A stretch of 64,000 bases of DNA from Camelus ferus (GCF_009834535.1 NC_045697.1:46936001-47000000); one strand, 5' to 3'. Counted from the first letter of the stretch, positions 22,471 through 36,830 are shown. The notes: generated by a model from the letters alone, not told the origin. A program made the numbers and translations.

Positions 22471-23639
22471 ACTAGAGTCTGGAATTACTGTGTAAGTGAA
22501 AACAAAGATGGACCCAAGACTGTAAGCCCCTGAAGAAAACAAAAAAGAAATTATCAGAAGCAAGTATATGAAGAGAACCAGAAAAAAAGAAAATCTGCCA
22601 CTACTTTCCTACTCCCAATTTTATTCACTACAACAGAATGAATATGACATAATTGTTGTTTTAAAAATAAACACTGTGATACGCTATAATTTCATAAATC
22701 CTTGACCACCACAATAGCAACCCACTTCAAGATTTCACATTCTACTTTACCAGTATAGAATTACTTAGCTGGCTATGCCCCATCATTAAAAAATGTGTTC
22801 CCAAAAGTTTCATTTCCTTTAAAGGATGGTGAAGCACATATTATTTTAACTGATCAGATATGTTCAATAATTATAAGAGCTCAAAGATAAAATCAAAATT
22901 ATTTATGGAACAAATAATTTTCTTCTTAAGGATTTATCTGTTTAGCTATTTTATTTTTCTTAAAGGACTGTTATTTGGGGGGTGGAATAGAACTTGAATA
23001 CATTACAGATTGAAATTTAAAAGTTAATGTACCTATTTATATCTATATTTGTAATATTCAGCACCCAAGGTATATATAGAATGTTTGTTCCCCAAAGTTA
23101 TACTATAGCTTTATTGACAGAGGCAATATAAATACACTCCTTTTTAGATGTAACTGGAAGTGTGATTATGACCTCTAACAATGGTAATTCAAGTATTAAT
23201 TACCATCCATTTCAGGAACTGGCAGCATCCATCAATTATAGCATTAGCTACACAGCAATTGCAGCTGGAAAAAGCAGAATTAGTGTATAAACTACTGTCA
23301 CTCACCTGAAATTTTACACTTCTAATTAGTGAGCCAGTAAAGCTGTCAATAACTAAATGCCCAATGATTGGCCTTAAAGACAGCAATTTCCCAAACCTTC
23401 CTTAAACTTGCTCATCCAACATTGTTATTGCATTTCTTCCTAGTTCAGAATTCAAACCATCTGAAATAAAACTCTTTAGTTTGGCTTTTGGTAACATTCC
23501 TTAACACTTAAGAGGAACAACTGGACAGATGGATCCTCTGAGCCCACCTGCAGTCTGTAGAAAAGTGTTTCAGACCCGTTTTTACCTTTATCTCTATGCC
23601 ACTAGCTTTTGAAAATGCTGATACCGTAGTTATTTTCTT

Positions 23640-24260
23640 TGCTCATTTTCTTGAGAACTTTATATGTGCCACACACCTGATCATGAACTGGGGATACACA
23701 GATCTCTTTCTCCTATTGGGCGTAGTAGAAAGAGATTCCTACTCTAAGATAGCAAGCCACTCCTTGTAAAATGGGGAGATAAACGGATTGACAGGCAATT
23801 AATAAATCAAAGAAAATTATCACAGTGATAGATTTTGGGAAAAGAATTGGAATAGAGTCATGGTGTAGAGAGTGGGTGGGAAGCTATTTTGGATTTGGTA
23901 GCTAGAAAAGGCCACTCTGATACTATCTGAGATAAATCATGCACGATGAGATGGAGTCAGTGTTCAAAGGTTGCAAAAAAGAGTATTCTAGTAAGGGGGT
24001 ACAAAGCCCAAGGAAAAGAATGAATGAAAAACTTTGCATGTTTGAGGAAAAGAAAAAGACCATTGTGGTGAGCAAGGATAAGACTAGTCCAAGAAGAGGT
24101 CACAGACATGGACAAAGGCCAGAACATGTAGGGCTTTGTAAACCACGGTAAGGAGTTTGGACTTCATTCAAAGTACAATTAGATGTCACTTGAGGGGTTT
24201 AAATAATTTATGTTTTAAAAGACTACTTACTTTGGTCACCGTATAAAGAATGGATTATAA
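23640..24260 (-). mobile_element. L2 fragment
   Basis: tcttgagaactttatatgtgcc...ggggatacaca...gtagggctttgtaaaccacggtaaggagtttggacttcattc. Confidence 0.7.
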
Positions 24261-24269
24261 TACTTCAGA

Positions 24270-25265
24270 AATTCTTACACATTTGCTGCAAGAATATGAA
24301 AAACAATGCTCATAGCAATATTGTTCAGAATAGCAAAAACTGGAAATAGGCCTAATTTTCTTCAGTAGTAGAATGATAAATCAATTGTGTGACAGTTTTA
24401 TCATAGACTGCTATACACTTAGTAATGACTGAACTACAGTGACATTTCAACGAGGGTGAATGAAAAAATAATTATGAGTGGAAAAGCAAATTACAAAATA
24501 GTATGTACAGAATGATTCCATTTATATAAATTCAAAAGCATATACAAACTAAACAAATATCTATTTTCAGGACACATACATATATGGTGAAAAAATAAAG
24601 TAAGTCAATGCAAACTGCAAACACACCATAAGGTGACCTCTCATGAGTCACATGGTTGTATAATCTCCCCTGCAGTATGAGTGGGAATCTGTGACTACAG
24701 CAGGGAAGATGGGATGTCACTCCTGTGATTACACTGCATTGTATGAGACTATATTAGTCAACTAAAGCAAGACATTCCCCTCTGGCTCTGAAGTAAGCTG
24801 ACGTGCTGTGGGAGGGCCTATGACAAAGTCTGCATGGTAAGGAACACTCAAAAGCTGAGAGCAACCTCAAGCTAACAGTCAGCAAGAAGATGAGAACCTC
24901 TGTCCTATACCCACAAGAAGATGAATTCTGCCAACAACCTGAAGGAGCTGGAAGTGGATCTTTCCCCAGTTGAGCCTCTGATGAGAATATAGTCCAGCTG
25001 ACACCTTAATTGCAGCCTTGGGACACTCAGCTGAGGACCCAGCTAAGCCATGAATGCACATCTGAACCACAAAAACTGAGATAATAAATGTGTGTTGTTT
25101 TAAGCCACTAAGTTTGGTAATTTGTTATGGAGAAATAGCAAACTAATATAGAAATAAAAACGCTAAATTTGGAGTAGCAGTTACCTCTGGGGGCAGTGGG
25201 CTGGGAGGTATAATCAATGCAAGTCACAATGGGGACTTCAAAGGTATTGTTAACATGTTCTTTCC
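24270..25265 (+). mobile_element. L1ME-like 3' end interrupted by an MLT1 LTR
   Basis: aatagcaaaaactggaaataggcctaa...atgattccatttatataaattcaaaag; resumes after 25150 (gttacctctggggg). Confidence 0.65.
24615..25150 (+). mobile_element. MLT1E/F-like MaLR solo LTR
   Basis: gaattctgccaacaacctgaaggagctggaagtggatc...aataaatgtgtgttgttttaagccactaagtttggtaatttgtta. Confidence 0.88.
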
Positions 25266-28200
25266 TCTTTTTACATCTGCATACCCCCTGGGGTTTAGAG
25301 ACAGATATGTTCTTCTTAGTCTATTCTTCCTTTCTGAAGTATACAGTATGCTTCTTAATCAAATATATTTTTGCCTTAAATTCTATTTTGTCAAACTTTA
25401 AACTGTTACCCCAGCTTTCCCTTGGTTCATATTGACTTATATATCCTTTCTCATGCTTTTATTTTCAACATTCCCTTGATATTGTGTAAAACTGATACTC
25501 CTGTAGAGAATGTTTTGATTTTAAATCAAATCTTAGAGTCTCTATCTTTAGTTGGCCAAGTTAACCTGTTAGTGTTTATTGTAATTCTATTATTTTAGAA
25601 CATAACACTGCTATCATTGAAAAACATTTTCTATTTTCTGTACTTTTTTTGCTTTGCCTTTCTCCATTCTTGCTTTCCACTAGATAGATTGAGTGTTCTT
25701 ATTCTCTTGATGCCATATTCCCTATATATGTTCTATGATACATGGATTTAATTTAGGACCAGCTTAAATTTTCTTCCTAATAAAACAAGTACTATAGCAT
25801 ACAGCATGCTGGCATGTTCTTTGGTCTCCTCCAGCCTATTGTTAGTTTTCTTCTGTAATTTTAGTTCTGAGTTCTAAAATTTCACCAGAGCTAAAGGAGG
25901 AATCCAGCAGCCCATGCTGGTTTGTCATTTTGTCAGGGAAATAAACTTTTCATTATAATATTTAGTCATGTTCCATTTCTTAAGCTATGTGGCAGGTACA
26001 TGAATTTTGTTTTATTAGTAGTATAAGCTTTATATATGTCATATATTACTTTGTATAAATCATCTACTTCATTAATTTTTTAAACAAAAGGGTGCCTAGC
26101 TCAGGTAGATATTTAGTATTAATAAATTAAGAATTAGAATATAAACAGCTAAGAGATCTCTCGATCACTGTTTCATAAATGCTCTGATAACACTAACCAC
26201 CAAGAAACTATTCCAACAGATAAGAAATATCTTGCCCAGCCTCTCCTTTTTACCTAGAACCACTGTGCATGCTATCACATATATTCGAGTCATTTCATGC
26301 CACTGTCAGTTTATGAAAAATGTATGTTTATCCCAAGCACCCTTAGCTACTTCAAGTATGTTGCTTTTAATTAAGCATCTGTTATATGCAGATCATTGTG
26401 CTTATTAATATGGAGGATGTGAAAAATAATTTAGCAGAACCCACAATGGGCTTATCTTCTATTAATAGGCAATAAATATGCTTACATATAATTATAATAG
26501 AAGACTGGCTGTGATCAATGCAAAAAGGGGGTAGAAATAGATCAACAGGAAGTTAGAGGAGAAAGCATAATAAAAGATTTCCGACTGGTCCTTTGAAGAA
26601 GGGATGAATTGGGACTTCTTAAATAATGTATTCTTCTCTCTCTCCCCTCTGGGCCTTCATAAACATGATTTTAACTGCATATATAATCTTATGTGCCCTC
26701 TTAGCCTAGATAATTCTCATTCATCCTCAGATTCTCAACTTTGCTGTCATGTCTTTCAGGGAGAATTCCTGCCCTGCCCCCTTACTTCCCTGAGCCTGGG
26801 TTCAGCACCCCCCAAAATCTGGTAAGTGAAATATGTTATAACTTTTGTCAGGATCTATTTTGTAATTAGCTGTTAATCTACAAACTGGAATGTTTCTGTG
26901 TATGCTAAATTGTTAGCTAGATACTTGCAGGCATCTATTTGGGTGAATTTTTTGCACTGGGGGAAGAAGATCTGTGAGAAGACTTTTTTTTTTTAAGCAG
27001 GGATAGGAAAGAGAGGGAAATGAAGACCAGAATGTGCATCTCTTGTCCAGCTTGTCCCTAGGGACTGAAACTGACAGTTGTGTGGGCTCTGGGGTGTAAG
27101 CAGCACCGCTTGGGAGTCCAGGTGACAAGGCACAACGTACAGGTAAAGGCTCGGAAATGTTTTACATTCTGTTGAAGAACAGCGTGTCACACCTGCCTAG
27201 TGCCAACAGAGGATACATCAAAATCCTCTCAAGTTTGCAGGACTGAGAATATGAGAAATTGAACACTGGGCAGGTGGCATTCTTGTACAGGTGACTCTAG
27301 CAGTGATGGTGTTAGGCACCAGCCAGAAATGCCTTAGCAGGAACCCAAAGGAGAACACAGGATTCTGTGAGCACATGTGAGACACCCTTGGGAATTCTCA
27401 GGGAACTCGGGAGGCTTAGAAGGAGAACTGAGGTCTCTAAGTTATGCAGGTTTGAAGCAATAAGCCTCATGCCAAATTCAGACGCTGAAGTTAATGTAAC
27501 TTCATTTGCATCTAAGAGATTGGTAAATCTGGAGATTTTTGTAGGGTTCTCTCTATATCCTCTAGTAGTTGTAATTTCTTGAGATTAGGTACTGTGCCTT
27601 GTTCACTATAGTGTTCCTAGAGTTTGGCACAATGTCTGACATATACTATATGTTTATGACAAAATTACTGACTTAATCAATCATGGGTGGTATTAGAACT
27701 GGAAATTGTTTCTTCTAATCCAGGACTCTACCGCTGAGTTGAATGGACTCCTGATTTCCTTTTTAAGAGATTTTTCAAATAAGTCTTTGAAGAAGTGTGG
27801 AATTTGTGCTTCTTAAATGCACGTGTTCTTCCCTCTCATTCTCAGGCTTTCATAAATGTTATTTTAGATGCACATAATCTTCTATGTCCTCCAAGACTAG
27901 CTAATTCCCACTTATGCTAAAGGTTCATAGATATCTATTTGCATGAATTATTTGTATTGGGAAAAAAAGATCTGTTTTGTATGGGTGACTCAGTTTCATG
28001 TGGGTGAAGTTGTGAGGGGATAAAAGATAGTAAGTGAAACTTTCAAACATTCTTCTTGGTCTGTTTCAAACCACATCTGTTAAAATACAGTATTATCTGG
28101 TAAGGACAGACAGGATTTCAAATAAACATAATCAATCTCCAGTATAATTTGCTAAACGCTGAATGATTAAGTTTTGAAATTGTGGACAAAGGGTTTTCTC

Positions 28201-29827
28201 TGTAATATTTCCAAAATGGTTAACTGATTATTTGGGAATCAGTTCCCACCCAATGAGTATTACCTCCTTATATTTAGATTATAGGATTACCTGAAAATGT
28301 CTCCACGTCTCACATGCCACATTAGATGTTTTATCAATAACAAGATACATTCAGAATATAATATGGATATAAAGGTTGAAATGTGTTAAGCAGCATTTTC
28401 ACTTAGAAGGCTGAATCTGTGTGTTGTGGTGAGACATCAAATCTAATGTCAAAACCTCCTTGTAAGACAACACAATTTTTCATAATGATGAGAAATAGCA
28501 ACCAAACTGATTTTTAAATTAATTTACTGGTCTCATGTGTCATTAAATAGTATGTATAGATTGTGTAATATAAGAAGGTTATACTCTTGCCCCCAAAGAG
28601 TTAAATCAAACACTTGGAGAGAAGTGCACATCTTTCACACGTTTTTCTGCACCTGTTACAGAGCTGATGGAATATCAGGGCGCCTGGAGGCTTAGGATAC
28701 CCTCAGGGGTATCTTTAAAGATTTATGTGTAAAGCTATATGGCACCAATAACAAGGTAGACTCATGAACTCTCACTGTCAAAAAGAGCACTACACTGTGA
28801 ATATAACAATAGATATTTGGCAGTGTAATGGGAAGCAAATGCCCCCAAACAAAAATTCTTTTAAATTAAAATATCTTTGACTAAAATGAAGTAAAACTTT
28901 TTCCATTAAAAATTTTACATAATGGAACTAAAGACAGATTATGGGAATAATGGGATTCCTGATGCTTTCAGCTAGAGTTGGGTGTCTGACCGTCTTATGG
29001 AAAAGATATCCTCTGTGTCCTATTTGTATCCTCTCCATCCTCGCACAAGGCACGCCTTGTTTTGGCAGGCTCCCAGCCAGAAAGTCAAAATATTAAGAAA
29101 TCGGTTACAAAGGGAGGTGACTCATCTGAAAATATTTGCATTACACTTCCCACTGAGCAAGAAGCTTAGAAAAGGAACTTAGAAATAAAATTTGGGGGGA
29201 GAAAGTCAAATAACAGTTCAAGTAGAACTCAACTTATCTGTTCAGGAAACTGCTACACAATTTGATTCGTTTAGTCTATTTTAAAAACGTATGTCCATAT
29301 TTTACTGACAGCAAAGCATAAGGCTTGAGTGAAAGAAACTTGCCATTTCTCTTTGTTCTCCAAATCTATGCTTTCACCCACTAAAGTCTACAGATATTCC
29401 AATCAATCATTCTTTAGGGGTACCTTTCATTTTTCTACAGTCATGGGAGAGTCACAAAAACTTCGATGTATAACAGGAGAAGTCTCTCAGTCTATAACCA
29501 ACTCGCCTACCTTTTCTTCACATGGTGATTCAATGCTTGTTCAGACACTGATTTTCCGTTGTCCACTCACTTTGTAGTTCTATCTGCAGTGTTTCTCACG
29601 TGCTTAGCTTTTTACTGGGACAACATGGTCCTTATGTGGGCTGATAGTTTTTGATGGCAGCATCATTCTTTCCCAAAGCCCAGTGTTTGGTGACTCACTC
29701 TTCCTTGTTATCCTACAACCATTCCCTGGCCTGGATCTCCAAGTATTTCTGAGATGCTGTGTTCAAATGGACTTGATCCATGCACTTATCCTACAAGGAA
29801 CCCACAATCGTGTCTCCTGTCCCCTAA

Positions 29828-30023
29828 GTGAGCCAACCCTTAAGTTGTGCAGCATGTGAACTGCACAATTGGACCTGGTTAGGTGGTATGTGGGGGAGCT
29901 GGAATCCAGCCCTGCTTCCCTGGCTAAGCCTTGTGTCTTGGCTCTGGGTTGTAGCTGCCCAGAGAGTGAGCCTTTTTCTAATTTACACAGAAATCTAGTA
30001 TAGGGCAGTCAGTGGTGGCCCAG
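29828..30023 (+). mobile_element. MER91A-like hAT-Tip100 MITE
   Basis: agttgtgcagcatgtgaactgcacaatt...ggagctggaatccagcc...ctaatttacacag...gtggtggccc. Confidence 0.65.
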
Positions 30024-30309
30024 GTCTAACACCATTCTGGTTTAGGCCACTCTCCCTGCAGTCTCCTCTAGGGTAGATTCTATTCTTGTATAATCCATTG
30101 AATTGCCTTAATGAGTCTGAAACAAAATGCTATTAAGACTTTCCTGCTACCATTTTTCCCCCACCTCATAAGGAGAAGCTAAACTTTAGGAATAAAGACC
30201 TGGTTCCTGTTCTGAGAGGCTGGGGGAGATGGGAAATGAGGTAGAGCCGAGAAGTCTCTTCAAATAAATCTAAAGCAAAGTATTGAGAGAAAATGAAAAA
30301 GAACAATTA

Positions 30310-31070
30310 ACATCTCACTGTATGCCAAACTCATGTTATCTAATTTAATCCTTACAAAACTTGGGAGATACTATAATTCTCAGTTTACAGGTAATGAAAC
30401 TGAGGCAGAGAGATTACCCATGAGGTGAGGATGAAAGTCACATACTTACTAAATGGCAGAAATGCTAGGTAGTTAGATAAGTGGGGGCACCAGGCAGATA
30501 GGTGGAGGAGAGGGGGATGGTCCAGAAGATGACATTATGCTCACCTTCAGCACAAAGGGTCTTTACTTTTCCTTAATGAGCGCCAGCAAGACACTGCGTA
30601 AGACCCAACAGACTGCGTGGTATAGTGAAAAGGACTTTACTGGACATGACCTAATGTTCATTGTACTATAATTAACACTGCGAATTAGCCCCTACCCTTG
30701 AGTTTTTCCATATATACTATGAGTAAGGACATGCGCAAAGGGATTAAACAAGACTAAGCACTCCAGGGACAAGAGCCCTCAATCAATCAAAAGACCACCT
30801 CTAAGCAAGGGTATAAGAGAAAGTGGAAACAAGAACACCTTGACTCCCCTTGAATCAGCCCACCTCCTGCTCTTAGAAGCATACTCTTCTTTTCCCAAAT
30901 AAATCTTTAAAAATTTTTTTGCTACAAAACACTTTCCATCTCCCATCTGTAAATCTTATCTTTTGGGTAAGACAAGAATTGGGGTCTATTCCATTTTCCT
31001 TTTGGGTAACAGAATCAAGACTTGAACCCAAGCATTCTTGTTCCAAAGTCAGTGCAATTAACCACTACCC
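30310..31070 (-). mobile_element. MIR SINE split by an LTR
   Basis: Core tttacaggtaatgaaactgaggcagagag left of the LTR; gacttgaacccaagc...ccaaagtcagtgc right of it. Confidence 0.75.
30463..31011 (+). mobile_element. ERV1-like solo LTR, copy A
   Basis: TG...CA termini, TATAAG at 30812, AATAAA at 30898, flanks GAAA/GAAT; homologous to 42785-43325. Confidence 0.88.
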
Positions 31071-31154
31071 CATGATAATTCTATGACTTACTCTGTCACA
31101 AAAGTAATTTGGGAAAATTGTTCAAAGGATTTGTTCTCTAAAAACTATGAAGCA

Positions 31155-32460
31155 GATAAAGCCACTTTGGAAGACAATTTGGCAGTTTCTTACAAAGTTA
31201 AACAGTCTTACCATAGAATCCAACAATCAGTCCTGGATATTTACACATCTGATTTGAAATTTTATGCCCCACAAAAACCTGGACATGAATGTTTATAGCT
31301 TTAACTGTAATTGCCAAAAATGAGAAACAACCAAGACATCCTTCAATAGGTGAATAAACAAACTGTGTCTCATCCTTACAACTGAATATTACTTAGTAAT
31401 AAAAAGAAATGAGCTATCAAATAACAAAAAGATATGAATGAATTTTAAATGCATATTGCTTAGTGAAAGAAGTCAGTCTGAAAAAGCTATATACTATGTG
31501 ATTCCAATTTTAATGATATGACGTTCTGGAAAAGGAAAAACTATAGAGACAATAAAAGGATCAGTGATTATAGGGAGTTAGGGGAGGGAGGATAGATTGA
31601 AGACATAAAGCACAGGGGATTTTTTTTAGGGCACTGAAACTATTCTGTATGACACTGTAATGGTGGATATGGGACCATATATCAAAACCCATAGAACTTG
31701 GCAGCACAAAGATTGAAACTTAATGTATGAAAATCTTTAGAAAATCATTTAGGAAGTCAGGAGATTCCAGGAAGGAATGGTAAGAGAATCTAACTATATG
31801 ACAAAGGTATGAAACAATCTCACTGAAGGGCATGTGGGAAAAGATACTAACTTAAATAGCTTTGGAAATTAATGGAGTTGGGAAGACTAAAAGGCAAACA
31901 AATGGCCCATAATCACTGTACTCTAGTTGATAAAGTTGTTTCACACAGGTATAGGGTTAACAATTGTGGAATTGCTGTACAAGTACACTAGAATTTAATA
32001 ACTAACTAAATGGATAGGAGATGGTAGGAACCAGGTTTCTTACAGTTGGAATATAGATACATATGGTTACATACATAAATATTTATAGATATACATTCTT
32101 TGCTCCATCTGCTGAGAAGGCCTAAAAGAAATGACATCAAGTAGCAACAAGCAGACTTTGCACCCAGATCTTGGCTTCTAATACCATTTTTCAATAAAAG
32201 AAACCATAGCTCCTTGTAGAAATGGCTAATTCTAGGACTAGGGCAGAGAATATACAAGATGAGATGGAGCATCTTTTACTGCCAAAAAGTAAAGAAGTAC
32301 ACACACACACACACACACACATACAAGTTGATGGGGATATGCAAAGAAAAATATGAGTTCCCAAAGGCCAAACTGCTAACAGTTTGAACAATAAAATAAA
32401 ATAGTATTGAATTATAACCCAAAGTATAAATGTAATCCAAAGGAGAATATGAGAAGACAG
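31155..32460 (+). mobile_element. Old LINE-1 3' end (L1MC/L1MD-like)
   Basis: gccactttggaagacaatttggcagtttcttacaaag...; long 3'UTR with (CA)n at 32299-32320. Confidence 0.85.
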
Positions 32461-32599
32461 TTTCAAACTATACCATTATTACCCAGCTTCTACTGCATCC
32501 TCCTAAGAACCAGGCAAAGAAAATTGGAAAGTCTAAGGTTTTTCAGGAGCTGGTGAATAGACCTGTTAAGCTGAAATAGTGACCTCATGTTCGAGATTG

Positions 32600-33200
32600 A
32601 TATTACAAAGGAAGCCAAGGCCAAACTATCGTGAACCTTTATCTTATAGGCAATGAAAAGGCTGATGAATATGAACTTCAGTGTAAATCATGAAATTAGG
32701 GACACTGAAAGTCTATAAAGTCAAGAGGATCAATTAGAAAGCTATTACAGAAGTCCAGGTGCAAGATAATAGATGCTGATCAAGAACTGTGGCAGTAGGA
32801 CTGGAGAGAATAAACCGATATTTGGAAGGAATAATTAATAGATTTAATAGTGAAGAAGAATAAAAATGGGTCAAGGCTAACTTAAGTTTTTGAATTTAAG
32901 TGAGTGGTAGTGCCATTAACTAAAAAAAAAAAAAAAATAGAAAGAAAAAACTGATTTAGGGGAAAAAAATCGCTTAAAAAATCCAGTTAGAATAGAAATG
33001 TCTAACAGAGATGCAAGTTCATAATTCAATTGTAGTAAAATGCACCTGGTAAGCACTTTATAAATTCCTGTTAATAAATGAGTAAATAAACAAAATCAGA
33101 AGATATACTTTGGAGATAGATTATAGAATCATCTAAATATAATAAAACTTGAAATAAGAGGCTAGATGAGATCTCTAAGAAATGCCATGTAGAAAGAAAA
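32600..33200 (-). mobile_element. L2 fragment
   Basis: attagaaagctattacagaagtccaggtgcaagataat...gtggtagtgccattaactaa. Confidence 0.55.
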
Positions 33201-33323
33201 AAAGCTGACAATGATCAATTAGATGCTAACAATAGGAAGTAATATGATATTTTCTGAAGATAATATGACAAAATTAGATGACAATAATAAAATCTGAGAC
33301 TACCTACTTCTATGTATCTTAAT

Positions 33324-33830
33324 TATCAGGTCTGAGAACAGTGTCCACATGACTTTACTATTTGTTCCAGGAAATTCTTGACCAGGAATATAAAGCTATA
33401 GACCAAAAAATAACTATATCATTAATTTCAGGAAATTCTTGCAAACCAATTTGTCCAGGAAAATAGCTCTGGGCAAATATCTTTTGTGTCATTACAATAG
33501 AATATTTATGCAGGCAAACAGTTTAACTATCAAACAATAGTTTACTTATCAAGACTCTCTTCATGACTCTAACCTCATTATATCCTCAATATTAAACCAT
33601 TACGTCGTGAAGTTTGCCCAATTCAAATCACTTTCCTACTCAAAGACCTATCTTAAACCATTTGAACCCAGAACTGAAAACCCTATACAAATCTTCCACT
33701 GATCTCCTCCTTCTAATACAGTACAAAGGTCATAGCAAAGTGGTGTTCTCCCTTCCTACAATAGGTCATATAACTTTAGCTTTGCTTTATTGTCAGGTTT
33801 TCTGGTGGACTTCTGGGCAGTTGATAATTG
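33324..33830 (+). mobile_element. ERV1-class solo LTR (MER31/MER67-like)
   Basis: Ends ggtgttctccct...tttgctttattgtcaggttttctggtgg...gttgata. Confidence 0.6.
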
Positions 33831-34269
33831 ACAAATACAAAATCAAAGAAAGTCTCACTTCTGGGGAATTTGAAAAATAAAGTTAAAATATTGTTCAAAT
33901 CATAAGTCAAAGAGGAAATCCAAACCAACATTGCTGAATGTATATGAACATACAATACATAGGATACAGCTAAACCACTGAGCTAAGGAAAATATACAGC
34001 CTAAAATACTTATGTTAAAAAATAAAAATAACTACAAAATTAACCTTAGGAGAGCAAAATAAGGGGAATAATGAAGATAAAGGCATAAATTAATGAATTA
34101 GAGAACAAAAACAGTAGGATGAATAATGTATCCCAAAGCTAGTCCTTAGGGGGAAAAAAATAAAATGAATACCCAATAAAAAACCACAAAAATTTACAGT
34201 AATTGTTCTGTAATAAACATTACCAAGTTCAATTAAAACGAACAGAAACATTAAAAAATGCAAAAAAGA

Positions 34270-34680
34270 TTTTGGACTCCCAGAGTTTTTTCTGCAGAAA
34301 GCAGGCTAAGATAAATATCCAAGTTGTAATCATGGGCCATTTATTACATGAAAAGAAGAATGACTTAGAGGGTGGAGCCAACAGCTACAGGCAAAAGTTC
34401 ACACAAAGTAGGACCGGACCCCAGTCAAGGAACTGGAAAAATGTGCTGACATAAATTTCACAATTGCTATGGACAAAGATTTCTATGTGCATCATACTTT
34501 CCATTTGTTTAGAACAGCAATTCAATCATCTTATACCTATGTCACCACTATACATAAGATATATGGATCTCAGATAATCTTGTCTGCTTGGTTCACAAAT
34601 GTTTAGATCAAAAGGAACATTAGTAAAGGAGGTGTATCAAAGGAACAACACCTGAAAAACCTTATCCACACCTGAACTTC
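34270..34680 (+). mobile_element. MaLR internal (MLT1-int) fragment within old L1 debris
   Basis: atttcacaattgctatggac...ttggttcacaaatgtttagatcaaaaggaac...atccacacctga. Confidence 0.45.
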
Positions 34681-35361
34681 TTATAAAACCTCCATAATTA
34701 AAACAATAGAACTTCATTTAACACTACCAAAACTAAATCCATAATGTCATTTAAGTAACTCTTCAAAATAGCCAAAGAAAAGCCAAAACATGTCTGGAGA
34801 TACAAGCATATGTAGTAAAAATATAAAACTTGGCAGTAAAGATTTACACCAACATCATACTAGTGATGTTATGTTTGGAGAGAAGAGAAAGAGAAATGAA
34901 TGAGGGAGGGATCTTATCTACCTGTAATATCTTATGGCTTTAAAAACAGAAATCTGTAGCAGTTATAGCAAAATGTTGATATCTGTTTCATTAACATTGT
35001 GGGCTTATAGATCTCTCTTCCATTGTTTGGGGAAATTAATCTTCAAACATTTCATAATCAAATATAAACATTTTAAAAAGGAAATTGGTCCTCCGATCAA
35101 CAAATTATTTGTAAAGAATTGGTATTTTTACTATGCCTACACTGACATGCACAAAATCTCAAGACCGAATGAAATAACCACAAAATGTACTTCTGTTGTT
35201 CAGTATTTATACAGAAAGTTTAGGAGTTTGTTTTTCTGTTTTTGTTTTTGTTTGTTTGTTTTTTGGTGGAGGATAACCCAGAAACAAAGGATTCCTCAAA
35301 AGTAAATTATAGAAAGTCTTGGGGATTGTGTCTTGGAGAAATGCCTACTTCCAAGCTTAAC

Positions 35362-35429
35362 TTAGAAATTGACACATTGTAAATTGACTATACTTCATTT
35401 TTTTTAATGCAAAGGTTAAAAAAATAATA
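35362..35429 (+). mobile_element. Ultra-short L1 3'-terminal insertion
   Basis: agaaattgacacattgtaaattgactatacttca matches the L1 end at ~6560-6598; putative TSD aagcttaac (35353-35361) / aagctgaac (35430-35438). Confidence 0.7.
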
Positions 35430-35464
35430 AAGCTGAACAGGAGGGAAAAAAAGTAAATGAAATG

Positions 35465-36830
35465 ACCCATGTACATATAATTAATCTACAACAAAGGGGG
35501 CAAAAATATACAATGAGGAAAAGATAGTCTCTTCAATAAGTGGTGCTAGGAAAACTGGACAGTAAAAGACTGGAATTAGAACATTTTCTCACACTGTATA
35601 CAAAAAAAAAAAAAAAAAGATTCAAAATAGATTAAAGACCCAAATGTAAGACCAGAAACCCTGAAACTCCTAGAGGAAAAAAATAGGCAGTACAGTTTTG
35701 ACACAATATTAGCAATATTTTTTTGGATCTGTCTCCTCAAGCAAGGGAAACAAAAGCAAAAATAAACAAATGGGATCTGATAAAACATAAAAGCTTTTGC
35801 ACAATGAAGGAAGCCATCAACAAAACAAAAAGACAACTTAATGAATGGGAGAAGATATTTGAAAATGATGTCTGATAAGGGGTTAATATCTAAAATATAT
35901 AAAGAGCTCATACAACTCAGTATCAAAAAAAATGCACATAAAAAGATCTGAATAGACATTTTTCCAAAGAAGACATGCAGATGGCCAACAGGCACATGAA
36001 AGGATGCTCATCATCGCTAATCATCAGGGAAACAAAATCAAAACCACAGTGGGATATCACCTCACACCTGTCAGAATGACTACTGTCAAAAAAACCACAA
36101 ATAAAAAATGTTGGTGAGGATGTGGAGAGAAGGGAATCCTAGAATGCTATTGATAGGAATCCAAATTGGTACAGCCACTATGGAAAATGGTATGAAGGTT
36201 CTTCAAAAACTTAAAAATAGAACTACCATATGATTCATCAATTCCACTCTTGGGTATTTATCTGAAGAAAAAGAAAACACAAATTCAAAAGATATATACA
36301 CCCAAATGTTCACAGCAGCATTATTTACAGTAGCCAAGATATGGAAATAACCTAAGTGTCCATCAACAGACAAATGGATAAAGCAGATATGTACATAACA
36401 GAATAATACATAGTCATACAGAAGAATGAAATTTTGCCATTTGCAACAATATGGATGGACCTGGAGGGTATTATACTTAGCAAAGTATGTCAAAGACATA
36501 TAATGTATGTTTTTACCTACATGAAGAATCTAAAAAATTAAAACAAATCACTGAATATAACAAAACATAAACAGACTCACAGATACAGAGAACAAACTAG
36601 GGGTTATCAGTGGGGAAAGGGGTGGGAGAAGGGGCAAGATAGGGGTGGAGAATTAAGAGGTACAAACTACTAGGTATAAAATAAATAAGCCACAAGTATA
36701 TAACATATAGCACAGGGAATATAGACAATATTTTATAATAACTTTAAATGGAGTATAATTTATAAAAATATCAAATCACTATGCTATACTTCTGGAACTA
36801 ATATTGTAAATCAGCTATACTTCAATTTTT
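35465..36830 (+). mobile_element. 5'-truncated LINE-1 (ORF2 C-terminus and 3'UTR) with 17-bp TSD
   Basis: TSD aaaaagtaaatgaaatg (35448-35464) / aaaaagtaaataaaatg (36831-36847); ORF2 motifs DSLFNKWC, INKWDLIK. Confidence 0.92.

Noticed and set aside
26920..27560. Possible very old LTR or enhancer-like GC-richer segment
   Set aside because: Could not identify termini, a TSD or a family with enough confidence.
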